Virus record (IMG/VR): IMGVR_UViG_3300037657_000258 | Span: 1 to 45,379 of that record | Reading direction: 5' to 3' (one strand) | Length of the DNA stretch: 45,379 bases | From: a virus | Lineage: Duplodnaviria > Caudoviricetes | In this document: positions 18,381 to 27,946 of the stretch, in pieces | How positions within the stretch are numbered: the first letter of the stretch is position 1 | How the letters are laid out: each line of letters starts with the position of its first letter | Position numbers and translations under genes: made by a program | The notes under the pieces: generated by a model | Database searches by the model: none | Told to the model about the DNA's origin: nothing | The model's input: only the letters and a program-made list of their open reading frames with translations

Positions 18381-18689
18381 CGTCCGGGCCATAATCTCTA
18401 AATCGGCGCGCCTCCCGTTCCGATCCAGAATAGACAAAATGTCATAGTTCACGCCGCCAAAAACGATACGGTCCTTGGTGGATAACCCGGACAAGTATCT
18501 CATGACTATTTTAACGGTCATATTCGCGTGCCGTTCGCTACCGGCAAAAAATTCGGCCCCATGTTGAGGCTCAACATAGGCCCGCCGGGCCGCCAGGTCC
18601 GCCCACGAAGTCGTCACATTGCCCACGGAATCACGGGCCACGGTCGCCCGCTGAATCGTGATTACATGTCGAAGCCGTCCAGCACGCAT
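18369..18689 (-). CDS. Head closure / head-tail adaptor (SPP1 gp16-like)
   Basis: MRAGRLRHVITIQ signature. Confidence 0.88.
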   Translation of the reverse strand: MRAGRLRHVITIQRATVARDSVGNVTTSWADLAARRAYVEPQHGAEFFAGSERHANMTVKIVMRYLSGLSTKDRIVFGGVNYDILSILDRNGRRADLEIMARTLLP

Positions 18690-19291
18690 TATTCGTTCTC
18701 CAAAGGAATGATGATATATGGGTCAAGCAACGCATCGCAAAAATGCCTGGGCATTTGAACCACATTGACGCCGATCAAAAAGTTTTCCCGCTGTTCATAG
18801 GCACCGGCCACACGGACCATAAGCCAGTTCTGTATTCCCTCGGGCGTGGTCGGCAAATCCTCACCAGTTAATGGATAACCCGAGATATACCGAATCCGCA
18901 CGTCACCCGGGCGCTTTCGGCAATCAGTCGGCCAATAATCGACCGGAAACACCCGGCCAGGCTCGGAGTCCGCGTCAACATAATAGTCGGTATCGGCAAC
19001 GAGCGTTTGAGTCACGCCGTCCAGGTCAACGTAGGTGAACGATTCGACCGACTGCAAAGGCGGCATGGGAAGTTCGACAAAATCCCGCATAGTCGGAAAA
19101 TGCTCCAAAGGCAATTCCCAGGTCGCGGCCACAAAACACCGATTAGTCAAACCCTCACCATGCCACCAGGCCGCCTTGAGATACTTGGCCAAAAGTGTAT
19201 CGTCCGCCGTGCTTTCAATCCGGGTATGGGCCTTGACATCGGCCAGGGAAACAGGGGTTACAATGGCCTCGGTTATCCGCTTAACTATCAT
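18689..19291 (-). CDS. Head-tail connector (gp6-like)
   Basis: PVSLADVKAH, LPMPPLQSV, YEQRE, LLDPY. Confidence 0.88.
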   Translation of the reverse strand: MIVKRITEAIVTPVSLADVKAHTRIESTADDTLLAKYLKAAWWHGEGLTNRCFVAATWELPLEHFPTMRDFVELPMPPLQSVESFTYVDLDGVTQTLVADTDYYVDADSEPGRVFPVDYWPTDCRKRPGDVRIRYISGYPLTGEDLPTTPEGIQNWLMVRVAGAYEQRENFLIGVNVVQMPRHFCDALLDPYIIIPLENE

Positions 19292-19318
19292 ACCGCACCG
19301 CCAACAAGTATTTACTGG

Positions 19319-19669
19319 TTAACAGAAAATCACGTCCAAGGCATGTTCGATCATACGGGCCTTGGATTGCCGACGGTCCAGGTTGACGCCATGGTGCTTT
19401 AACACATAGGCTTCAATCTCAACCTTGTTCATCGCTTCCAGGGTGGCCCCCACGGCACTTTTTTTGCCCCGCTCGATCCATGAGTCCCCCGGGTCGCCGC
19501 CAAGCTCTGACACGGCCGCCACTTCGTTCTGTATCGCCACCAGGCCCTTGTCTTGCAGTGCCTTAGCGCGGGCCTGGCCAAACGGCACGAACTCGCCAGG
19601 GTAATAGCGGTTGCCATTGTCCTTGTCCACGAACTCGGAAGCAATCCGACATTCAACCGTATTGTCCAT
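19319..19669 (-). CDS. Hypothetical head-associated protein
   Basis: GAGGG RBS; lies between capsid and connector genes. Confidence 0.55.
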   Translation of the reverse strand: MDNTVECRIASEFVDKDNGNRYYPGEFVPFGQARAKALQDKGLVAIQNEVAAVSELGGDPGDSWIERGKKSAVGATLEAMNKVEIEAYVLKHHGVNLDRRQSKARMIEHALDVIFC

Positions 19670-19689
19670 AAAACACCCTCAAGATAAGA

Positions 19690-19709
19690 GCGGCCGGTTT
19701 CCCGGCCGC
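19690..19709 (-). terminator. Possible terminator/attenuator after the capsid genes
   Basis: GCGGCCGG-TTTC-CCGGCCGC hairpin followed by TCTT on the - strand. Confidence 0.45.
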
Positions 19710-19728
19710 CAGGTTACGCAACGTTCTG

Positions 19729-20499
19729 TTAGGACGGGTCAGTCAAGGCAGTATCGGCATATAGCGCCCCGGCATACTGCTTGATCCCGTAGCGCCCACC
19801 ACCGCGCAACAGAACGGCTCCGGTAAGGGTGGCTCCGGTATTGGTGACGGTAATACCGACATGGGTCCATTCGGTTCCGTCCGATTCGTTCAGGTCGGAA
19901 AGCTCGACCTCGACCAAGGCCAGGCCGGAAACAATCGCCGGAACAAACTTGGAAGCAACGCCGGTAACGTCAATGGTCGCAAATCCCGGGTCGGTCGCCT
20001 TAAGGGTCACTACACCGGCCGCCGAACTCGCGTTGACACCCGGCACGCCATAAATGGCATGGTTCAGAATCCCCTTCAGGTTGGTGGCAGTCCCGGTATC
20101 ATCGGCCCCAACCTCAAATTCCCGATTGGTTTCGTCAGGCGTAGACCCGTTGGCCACGGCAGTAAAAGTCAGGCCGTTAACAACAACGGCATTGGTAGCC
20201 ACGGCCGACGTTATGGTAATAGTCGCTTCCACGGCCCCGGCAATCACGTTGGCGGTGGTATTGCTGATCGTCGCCAGGGCGCCAGTGATAGCCTCGGCAG
20301 AGGTTCCGGCCGCGTCCATGGCCCGCTTAAGCTGCACGGCGCAGGTTTGAACGGCCGTCAAAGCACCCACGATCACCACAAACAATAGGCTTCTGAATCC
20401 GGCCACGGAAAAATACCGGCTGGTAACCGAAGCGGTGGACACCGGCACAATGGCCAAATCCACCTTAACGGCCTCATGAAGCATCCGGTCAAGATTCAT
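19729..20499 (-). CDS. Probable capsid decoration/cement protein
   Basis: Directly downstream of the capsid gene; AGGAGAG RBS; Ala/Thr/Val-rich. Confidence 0.55.
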   Translation of the reverse strand: MNLDRMLHEAVKVDLAIVPVSTASVTSRYFSVAGFRSLLFVVIVGALTAVQTCAVQLKRAMDAAGTSAEAITGALATISNTTANVIAGAVEATITITSAVATNAVVVNGLTFTAVANGSTPDETNREFEVGADDTGTATNLKGILNHAIYGVPGVNASSAAGVVTLKATDPGFATIDVTGVASKFVPAIVSGLALVEVELSDLNESDGTEWTHVGITVTNTGATLTGAVLLRGGGRYGIKQYAGALYADTALTDPS

Positions 20500-20591
20500 A
20501 ATCTCTCCTTTGCTCGGCCGGCCCGCCCTATTGCGGACCGGTCAAATATTCACGGGTTATTATTTATCAGGGGTTAATCGCCAAGGCTCGA

Positions 20592-21860
20592 TCAGGCCGC
20601 CGGCACATCCAGGAAGACAAACGGCGATACGGTCCAGTTGTTTTCTTGCTTGATGGGCTTCTCAAGACCGGGCTGGCCGTCCACACGCCGGAAAATCTTG
20701 ATGACGGTCTGGTTCTCCAAGAACCGGACATGCTGAGACACCGCCACGGCCGGGCCGTAGCCATCCTTGATTACATAGTGGGAAAGGTCCGCAATCATCA
20801 AATCGCCCTTGGCCCCAAGCAAGGGCAGGCGCTCATGATACATCAGGGGACGGCCCAAGAGGGTATCCGGCTGGCCAACCACGGCGGACGGTTGCCAAAT
20901 CAGGCGGCCGGAATCGTCCTTGAGACTCATCAACTGAGGCAACGCGCTCCGGGTGGTGGCCCATACCAGATTGTCACCGTAGACTCGTGCGAACATCTTG
21001 GCCAGGTCCGCGTAGGCGATTTTATTGGCGAGGGCGCGGTTGACGTAAATAGCGCAAGAATGACCGGAGAACCCCAAAGGCTTGGCCACGCCGTTGCCGC
21101 TAATGAAAGACCTGTCCTCACCCTTGGCCAAAGCCATACGGAGCAAGCCAGACAAAACTCCGTTCAAGTACGGCGCGTTAGCCAAAAGCTGATCTGATAC
21201 CGGAATCCAACCGGATACTTCCTTGGGCAGCAAGGACCGCTCCAGGAAAGACGGGCCGCTGGATTCGGGTTTGGTCTTGGCTTCACCGGTCCACCGGACA
21301 GTCACGCCGCCGATATTGTCCTCGGTATTGTCGATCACCGGGACAACATGGCCGGCATCCGGGGCCACGTCACCGGCCGGAATCACGGTTGCACGCGGGC
21401 GAACCAGCGCATCCGGGGGATTCACGGCAAGAATGGGCTGGGCGTGCATCGGAGGGATCAGGAATCCACCCTGGGAACCAACGCCCATTTTATTGTCCCG
21501 CATCTCAACGACAGTCAAACGGCGATCCCCCGGGTTGATAACCACGGTTTGCATGAACTCGCCAAAGTCGCGGAACTCGCCATCGTCCAAAGGCTCGGCC
21601 TTTTCGGAGCGCGGCCCGGGGATCTGGCTCGCGGCCACATGGCGGGCCTCAAGCTCGGCCATACGCTTCTCATCGGCCGCAAGGCGTTCCAGGCGTTCGA
21701 CTTCAGTGTCAAGCGCCCGGACCTCGGCCTCCACGGCGTTATAGGCGCTCACCTCCGCTTCCGTCAGGTCGCGGGCCTCATTACCGGCCAGGTCCACCAT
21801 GCCGCGCAATTGAGCAACCTTGGCGGCCCGGGCCTTTTTCTTTTCGATAAGCCACTTCAT
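20592..21860 (-). CDS. Major capsid protein, HK97 family
   Basis: N-terminal coiled-coil delta domain, GGFLIP, GNGVAKPLG, LKDDSGRLIWQP; GGAGG RBS before MKWL. Confidence 0.95.
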   Translation of the reverse strand: MKWLIEKKKARAAKVAQLRGMVDLAGNEARDLTEAEVSAYNAVEAEVRALDTEVERLERLAADEKRMAELEARHVAASQIPGPRSEKAEPLDDGEFRDFGEFMQTVVINPGDRRLTVVEMRDNKMGVGSQGGFLIPPMHAQPILAVNPPDALVRPRATVIPAGDVAPDAGHVVPVIDNTEDNIGGVTVRWTGEAKTKPESSGPSFLERSLLPKEVSGWIPVSDQLLANAPYLNGVLSGLLRMALAKGEDRSFISGNGVAKPLGFSGHSCAIYVNRALANKIAYADLAKMFARVYGDNLVWATTRSALPQLMSLKDDSGRLIWQPSAVVGQPDTLLGRPLMYHERLPLLGAKGDLMIADLSHYVIKDGYGPAVAVSQHVRFLENQTVIKIFRRVDGQPGLEKPIKQENNWTVSPFVFLDVPAA

Positions 21861-21880
21861 CCGTTTCTTACCTCCAAATA

Positions 21881-22474
21881 TTAACGAGTCAATAGTTGTA
21901 AGCGCCTTTTGAACACACCCAAAGCGCCGGGTTTCTGCCCTTGCCGCTTGTTCGCCTCTTGCCAATCCTCAAGGCTCCGCACGGCGATACTGGTATCCGC
22001 ATAGGCCCCAAAGGCCGTAATAGTGACCTCAAACAGCGTGACACCAACCAAAGTCCGAATCATCATGCCGGTTGAATCCTTTACCCAGGTATCGCCGCCG
22101 GGATTGCGCTTAAAACCAAAAGACATCCCGGACACGTCGCCACGGGCCACACTGACCAGCAAATCCCTGGCATAGCCGGTATCAGGCGGGTCAATCTCCA
22201 CGGCCAGGCCCCTATCATCGCTTCGCAAAAACAAAGTCCCGGCCGTGTTCCGGCCCAAGACCTTGGTTCGATCATGGCCGACAAGAGCCTTTACGTCCCC
22301 TATCTCGCCAAAAGCCCCCGGCATGATCTGCTCTCGAAACTCATAGGGGGGCGCTCCCAGGGTTTCAGACAGGCGGTTATAGACGGCCGCGTATCCGACC
22401 AGGCGCGGCCCCTGCCCGTCGATTTCGCGGACCTCAAGCCCGCTGTCAGGCGTTATCCGGGTTTCCAGACTCAT
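21881..22474 (-). CDS. HK97-family prohead protease
   Basis: GYAAVYN, REQIMPGAF, VLGR, GMSFGF. Confidence 0.95.
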   Translation of the reverse strand: MSLETRITPDSGLEVREIDGQGPRLVGYAAVYNRLSETLGAPPYEFREQIMPGAFGEIGDVKALVGHDRTKVLGRNTAGTLFLRSDDRGLAVEIDPPDTGYARDLLVSVARGDVSGMSFGFKRNPGGDTWVKDSTGMMIRTLVGVTLFEVTITAFGAYADTSIAVRSLEDWQEANKRQGQKPGALGVFKRRLQLLTR

Positions 22475-23810
22475 TTTCCTTCCCCTTCTGTTGCCGCCCT
22501 TCTTGGCCGGCCTTGACCATGTTAAGCGGTGACAAGTAAATCTTGCCCTTGCCGTCCGGCAACGGGTTCAAGCCCTCACCCTCTCGACACTCATCGGCGC
22601 AAAGCCAGCCGCCTTGACGGCCCTCGTTGTAATAATTCGCCCGGTCAATCGCGTTTCCACGCAGCAACAGGGACACGTCAAACCGAAAAAAATATCTCTT
22701 TCGTTCGGCCGGGGTCAAAAGGTCGCGGAATCCCGCTTCTTCAATTCGAGTTATCCAAGGCGATAAGCTATAACTGACAAACTCTTGACCTAAATGTTCG
22801 ATATTGTTAAACGTGGCCCGGTCCAGCAAGGCGAGCATGTGAGGCGGAACGCGGAATATTCGGGCGATTTCTTCAGCCTGGAACTTCCGGGTTTCCAGGT
22901 ATTGGGCATCTTGGGCGGTCATGCCCAATTGCGCCCACTTCACGCCGTCCTCAAGCACGGCCACACGATGGGCATTGGCCAAGCCCTGATTCATCGACTC
23001 CCAAGACTCCCGGAGCCGCTTTTTTGCCTCGGGAGTAAGCGTCTTATCAGTCTCCAGCACGCCGCCAGGCCGGGCATTGTTCGAGAAAAACCGCGCCCCG
23101 TATTCCTCGGTCGCCAAGGCCAGGCCCACAGCCTCACGGGCATACGTTAACGGAGAAACACCCATGGGCAAGTCCCGGGTGAACTGACCAGACAAGCCCC
23201 CGCGCCGATCCCCGTTATAATCACCCAGGCACAAGCCCCGGGTGTGCATAACCTCACTGTTATTGAAAATCCAGGTTTGGCCGTCTGAATCAATATACTG
23301 ATAAAAAACCTTGCCGTTATACCGGAATTTCAACACCCTATCCGGGTGCAACGGGATAAGCTCCTGAATCTCGCCCGCGCCATTGCGAACCACAAGCAAA
23401 AAGGCGTTTCCCCTCAAATTCAAGTGCGCTACAATGGCCTCTTTCACTTCCCCAGCCGTGTTTTCCTCGTTCGGCAGTCTCACCAGAATATTGTATAAGG
23501 GATGGTCCAACGCCTTGGCCTTGGAGCCATCGGGCTTGATCTCGAACATTTCAAGGGGCAGAGTTCCGATTGTCTCGGCCAAAAGCCGCACGGCCGCATA
23601 AACCGCACTCGCCCGCATGGCAGATTCGGGGTTAACATACGTTCCGGCCTTGGACATTAACCCGCCAAGAGCCGAATTATAAAACGCCTCAAGGCCGCTT
23701 CCCGCATCACCCCACGGGATAGACGAATACCTATCTACATCCCGGGTTTCGGCCGCCGGCGCACAAAAGTCAGGGGCCTTGTCACCAAATAGCCAGGTTA
23801 TCCAGGTCAT
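22446..23810 (-). CDS. Portal protein, HK97 family
   Basis: LRGNAF, FFSNNARPGGVL, EIARIFRVPP, NNIEH. Confidence 0.95.
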   Translation of the reverse strand: MTWITWLFGDKAPDFCAPAAETRDVDRYSSIPWGDAGSGLEAFYNSALGGLMSKAGTYVNPESAMRASAVYAAVRLLAETIGTLPLEMFEIKPDGSKAKALDHPLYNILVRLPNEENTAGEVKEAIVAHLNLRGNAFLLVVRNGAGEIQELIPLHPDRVLKFRYNGKVFYQYIDSDGQTWIFNNSEVMHTRGLCLGDYNGDRRGGLSGQFTRDLPMGVSPLTYAREAVGLALATEEYGARFFSNNARPGGVLETDKTLTPEAKKRLRESWESMNQGLANAHRVAVLEDGVKWAQLGMTAQDAQYLETRKFQAEEIARIFRVPPHMLALLDRATFNNIEHLGQEFVSYSLSPWITRIEEAGFRDLLTPAERKRYFFRFDVSLLLRGNAIDRANYYNEGRQGGWLCADECREGEGLNPLPDGKGKIYLSPLNMVKAGQEGRQQKGKENESGNPDNA

Positions 23811-25621
23811 AAAACCAATAACTCCCCTTCATCGTAGGCCGACCGGCCGGTTTCGCCATAAAGCGCCCGCCCAAGAGCCATCAGCAGGGCCACCACGCCG
23901 TCAATCTTGTTTTCGTCCCGCTCTTTGTTCGGATAAATGTTGTCCTTATGGTCTGAATGGCAAACCACATTAGAAAGCATCCAATCAAACACCGGGTTCC
24001 CGGCATGGAAGAACCGCCGGGCCTTAACCAACGCCTCAAGCTCCTTCATTGGCTCAGAAAAATTCTGAACCGTTGGCCGAATCTCTACCAATTGCAAGCC
24101 GTTCGCCTCTAATTCCTGGGACAATTGCGTCGCTTGCCACGGGTCATAGGCTATTTGTTCAACCTTGAACTCTCCGCATAGGTCCATGATGTCTTGCTTG
24201 ATCTGCCCGAAGTCGATAACGTTACCCTCGGTGAGAACCATAAGGCCGTCCTCTGCCCACGGTTCGTAACGGTCGCACGTTACCGCCGCCCGATCCTGCA
24301 CCCCTTCACGCGGTAAATAATAACGTCCAAACTGATAATACTGGCCGCCTTTGATAAACAGCAGTACCAGCGCTGCAATGTCTATCCGGCTGGCCAGGTC
24401 GAGCCCCAAGTAGCACGGCACGCCCCGGAAATCGGCCAGCTTAAGGCCCGGGCGGGCGCAGGCGTCCCATTCGAGCATGTTCATCCAGGACGTGTCAGCG
24501 TTCACCCAAACATTCAGTCGTTTAGTTTTAAAGGCGTTTTGGCTGGCCGTAACCTTCATGGCCTTTTTGGCCAGGCGTTCCATGTCGAATGGAAGAACCG
24601 ACACATCCCAATTTGGGTTAGCCTTTTGCCAGACGGCCGGGCTTGTCCAGTCGTCGGTATCATCAATGGTGTAAATCAGGCCAAAAAAACTTTCATCATT
24701 GACGGAATCCCCGCGTAGATCGTGGTCACAAAGCCCCGGGTGCCTCTTAAACACGCTGTTTAGGACTTTGGTAAGGTAAATCCGCTGTTCATAGCAGACG
24801 CCGCCCCGGTCACTGCCGGCCGTGGTAATTGCCCACAATAGAGACTGTGTTCGGGAGCCGGTCCCCGTTTCGATGACGTCAAAAACTTCGCGGGTCTTGT
24901 GGGCATGAAGTTCGTCAATACAACCAAAATGGACATTCAGGCCATCCAGCGTCTTGCTATCCGAAGACAGAGCCGTGAAAGAACTTGCCGTTTCAAGCAC
25001 GTTTATCGTGTGCGCCCCAACGTCCACGCCAAACTTCTTACGGAAATCTTTTGTCAGCTTGTGCCTGGCCATGCCTTGAGCCACGGAAAACACAATTCGG
25101 GCTTGCTCTTTCGTGGTTGCCGCCGAATAGCACTCCGCGCCGCCCTCATTGTCCACCGCCAGCATATACAGGCCCACGCCGGAACTTATAGTTGACTTGG
25201 CGTTCTTCCGTGGAACCTCGACATAGACAAAACGGAAACGCCGGAATCCGTTCTTGCGGTTTTTCCAGCCAAAAACAGTTGACAGAAAAAAACACTGCCA
25301 CGGCGCCAGGACAATCAGGGGGCTTCCCCAATTGCCCTTGATATGGGGCATGAGTTCGAGAAACCGACAAATCCGGTTGCCCGCGTCCGCGTCAAAATAG
25401 AAGGGGAATTTTGGGTCTTTCTTCTTGGCCCGGGCCAGGTCGTCTATTTGACGCTGGCAGGCGGCCTTGATCCACTTACAGGCAGGTATTTTGCCGGATA
25501 GCACGTCTTTTAAGTATTGGTTTGCTATCCGGCAATAGTCTTTTCGGTTTTTTTTCGGGGCCACCTGGCCCCCACGGCCAGGCTTAGAAATCTTCCCAAG
25601 GACTTTCTTCGCCATCGCCAC
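23807..25621 (-). CDS. terL: Terminase large subunit
   Basis: PRKNAKST Walker A, IDELHAH, ITTAG, GLDLA, KIDGVVA. Confidence 0.97.
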   Translation of the reverse strand: MAMAKKVLGKISKPGRGGQVAPKKNRKDYCRIANQYLKDVLSGKIPACKWIKAACQRQIDDLARAKKKDPKFPFYFDADAGNRICRFLELMPHIKGNWGSPLIVLAPWQCFFLSTVFGWKNRKNGFRRFRFVYVEVPRKNAKSTISSGVGLYMLAVDNEGGAECYSAATTKEQARIVFSVAQGMARHKLTKDFRKKFGVDVGAHTINVLETASSFTALSSDSKTLDGLNVHFGCIDELHAHKTREVFDVIETGTGSRTQSLLWAITTAGSDRGGVCYEQRIYLTKVLNSVFKRHPGLCDHDLRGDSVNDESFFGLIYTIDDTDDWTSPAVWQKANPNWDVSVLPFDMERLAKKAMKVTASQNAFKTKRLNVWVNADTSWMNMLEWDACARPGLKLADFRGVPCYLGLDLASRIDIAALVLLFIKGGQYYQFGRYYLPREGVQDRAAVTCDRYEPWAEDGLMVLTEGNVIDFGQIKQDIMDLCGEFKVEQIAYDPWQATQLSQELEANGLQLVEIRPTVQNFSEPMKELEALVKARRFFHAGNPVFDWMLSNVVCHSDHKDNIYPNKERDENKIDGVVALLMALGRALYGETGRSAYDEGELLVL

Positions 25622-26036
25622 CCTTCACCTTGAGCCGGGAACGTTCCGCCGGGGTCATTCCAAACTCAGCCAACAGGCCCCTTAGTTGTTCCAAGCACCT
25701 ATTCATTGGGGCAAACCAAGGGTTCTGCATGGCTCCGCCGTTTTTGCCCAAAACGATAATGCTTGTATCGGCCACCTTGGCCGCCGCCTTGCGATAGTTG
25801 CCCACGGTCACGCAAAGCATTTCAAACGCCACCACGTCCATAGGGGTGAGCACTTTAACGTTGTTCAGTATTGGTGAAAGTTGCCTCCAGGCGTCGGCCG
25901 CTTCACCCTTGATATGGGCCGGGGGGTCTTCGGGTATTCCGGCCTCTATTTGTGGCTCTTGATCGTTCAAGGGGCGCTTCCCCGGGTTACCACGGGCCTT
26001 TTTTATGGCCGTTGGGACCGGCTTCCGGCCTTTCAT
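25584..26036 (-). CDS. terS: Terminase small subunit, P27 family
   Basis: GRKPVPT...GNPGKRPLN, QNP, EFGMTPAERSRL. Confidence 0.93.
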   Translation of the reverse strand: MKGRKPVPTAIKKARGNPGKRPLNDQEPQIEAGIPEDPPAHIKGEAADAWRQLSPILNNVKVLTPMDVVAFEMLCVTVGNYRKAAAKVADTSIIVLGKNGGAMQNPWFAPMNRCLEQLRGLLAEFGMTPAERSRLKVKGGDGEESPWEDF

Positions 26037-26734
26037 TCGTCAATCTCCTTGAGCCGCCGGCTTATCATTTCGCCATGAATGAACCTCTCAAACTTGGGCG
26101 CTCCGATTTTGGCCATGATGTCGTCTTTTTCGGCCTCAGTCCCGCAAACCACGGTAAAATAGAACTCGGCGGAATCTTCCACGGCCATCTTCTCCTTGGC
26201 CTCGGTCCGATGTTCCTTGATTTTTCTTAAGGAATCCTTGGCCTCGGAAACGTCCGTTGTGTCCTTGAAAAGCTCCGAAAACCGGCCGTCGCCATCGAAC
26301 ATATAGTCAACGTCAAATTCCGAGAACCCCATGTCTTCAAAGGCCACACCGTCAGTAAGAACCAGGTCCGCCACGGCCTGGACGTTAAATTCACCCTGGG
26401 CGCTCGGGTTATTCAAAAAGGCCAACATTTCCAGTTCGGTTTTATCGTCCAGATTGACGACATTAACCATTAACTCGTAATCTTTTACCTTGCCCGGATA
26501 GCCTTCAAGCTCATCCATGATTGCAAGCCGTTGGTGGCCGCCCACAACATAACCCGTCCGCTCGTTCCAGATGGGGTTTTCCAACAGCCCAACGCCCTTA
26601 ACCTTGCCCTTGAGCCGCTTTTTGGCGTCCTTGTCGATTATCCGGGGGTTTTTCGGGTGCGGTATGAGTTGACTCCTCAACACATACCGGGGTTCACCTT
26701 TTTGAAGATCAGTCCGTTTTACCGTAGCACTCAT
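26033..26734 (-). CDS. ParB/Srx-like N-terminal domain protein
   Basis: HPKNPR, WNERTG, VVGGHQRL; stop overlaps the terS start (ATGA). Confidence 0.85.
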   Translation of the reverse strand: MSATVKRTDLQKGEPRYVLRSQLIPHPKNPRIIDKDAKKRLKGKVKGVGLLENPIWNERTGYVVGGHQRLAIMDELEGYPGKVKDYELMVNVVNLDDKTELEMLAFLNNPSAQGEFNVQAVADLVLTDGVAFEDMGFSEFDVDYMFDGDGRFSELFKDTTDVSEAKDSLRKIKEHRTEAKEKMAVEDSAEFYFTVVCGTEAEKDDIMAKIGAPKFERFIHGEMISRRLKEIDE

Positions 26735-27380
26735 ATCGCTTTGCCGAAGCCTCCGCCAGCGGGAACCACGTCAAAATATGCTGGAAGTCCGCCGGGTAAT
26801 GTTGTTTGATTAAACTTAATTCCTTGCCATTCAAGGACCGGTAGGAATGGCCCAAAACGCCGGATTCAGGCGAAACCTTGATCCGCCGGGCCTTGATATA
26901 CCCGACAAGCTCGGCCTTGGTCCAGCTTAGGACCGGATAGAACCGGCCGCGTTTTTCGTCCACGCTACCGCCCGCGTGCTTGAGCATGGCCCGCCGCCAA
27001 ATTGAATCGTTGATCCGCTCGCCGCCGGCGATCCACCAACAATCGAAAAGGCTCCGAACATATTCGTAAACATCGTTAGGCGAGACAATCGGGACATCCA
27101 TGTCGTATTGTCGGTAACTGCCATAACGGAGCAAGCCGGACAGTCCGAAATGAGGCAGGCGCAAAATTTCTATCTCGTATTTTTTTTCGGCCCATTTTAT
27201 TTGGGCTTCCTGAAAAGACAGGCCCTTAACAAAGTGCATGTGAAACGCATGGACGGTTTTAAAGTATCGGCAGGCCAGGTCAAGCACGGCCGCCGAATCC
27301 TTGCCGCCGCTGTAAGAAACTATGGCCCGGTCAGTGATCCGGGCCATAGTCTTAATGCCGTCAAACAAGACAGTTGACAA
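26709..27380 (-). CDS. PP-loop ATPase, PAPS-reductase-like
   Basis: SYSGGKDS PP-loop, GERINDS..RR, YPVLSWT; no Fe-S cysteine motifs. Confidence 0.85.
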   Translation of the reverse strand: MSTVLFDGIKTMARITDRAIVSYSGGKDSAAVLDLACRYFKTVHAFHMHFVKGLSFQEAQIKWAEKKYEIEILRLPHFGLSGLLRYGSYRQYDMDVPIVSPNDVYEYVRSLFDCWWIAGGERINDSIWRRAMLKHAGGSVDEKRGRFYPVLSWTKAELVGYIKARRIKVSPESGVLGHSYRSLNGKELSLIKQHYPADFQHILTWFPLAEASAKRYECYGKTD

Positions 27381-27384
27381 AAAA

Positions 27385-27501
27385 TCAGCCCCCTTGAAGC
27401 CCCGCGTTTTTCCGACGGACGCGGTTGATTCGCTTCTGCATGTTACGCTTGAACTCCTTGGAGTTCGGATCAGTGTTATTCGCGGTTTTCTTCTTGGCCA
27501 T
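27385..27501 (-). CDS. 38-aa basic peptide ending in Gly-Gly (MAKKKTANNTDPNSKEFKRNMQKRINRVRRKNAGLQGG)
   Basis: Manual translation; GGAGG RBS upstream of ATG; stop 4 nt before the PP-loop start; too short for the ORF track. Confidence 0.75.
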   Translation of the reverse strand: MAKKKTANNTDPNSKEFKRNMQKRINRVRRKNAGLQGG

Positions 27502-27738
27502 CGCTGAACCTCCGATTTTAGTATTCGGCAATTAAGGTCAAAGTTTCACTATTGCGCCATGTTTGCCTTTTTCTTGCACGGCCCCCAGGCTCGGGATTGT
27601 CTCGGCCAGGCTCGGGGGCCTGTAATTTCGGCACGGCTCTTAAGGCCAGAGGCTGAGGGCCAACTTCCATGCCGCTGTAAGGCAATAAACGATAGCGGGT
27701 AAGTTTGTGGCTCTGCGCTATTTGGGGTTTGTAGGTGG

Positions 27739-27893
27739 AGTGAATGGAAATAACTTGCGCAAGACCCATTTTTTTGTTAATGTAACATCAAATCCTATTA
27801 GATGTTTGTAGCGTGTTTTGTCAAAGTAGCCTTATAGTTTAAGGATATCAACAGAATACGTGAAAATGTTACAATTCCAAGATAATGCAAGTA
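27739..27893 (+). repeat. ~155-bp imperfect direct repeat, copy 1
   Basis: 56-bp core 27838-27893 matches 29047-29102 at 53/56; second block AGTGA..GAAATAACTTGCG(C/T)AAGA. Confidence 0.9.
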
Positions 27894-27946
27894 CAGTTGT
27901 ATATTAATGATGATGAAAAACGAACTATTTGGTCAATTAGTAAATT

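Noticed and set aside
4579-26809. Numerous + strand ORFs antisense to structural genes
   Set aside because: Shadow ORFs of GC-rich coding sequence with no motifs; only the 18102-18380 lipoprotein is supported.
26709-27380. Auxiliary metabolic cysH (sulfate assimilation)
   Set aside because: Lacks the C-terminal ECGLH motif and Fe-S cysteines; context is ParB/terminase rather than sulfur metabolism.
27518-27769. 83-aa - strand ORF upstream of the GG peptide
   Set aside because: No clear RBS or motif and it starts inside the non-coding repeat; more likely promoter/leader DNA.
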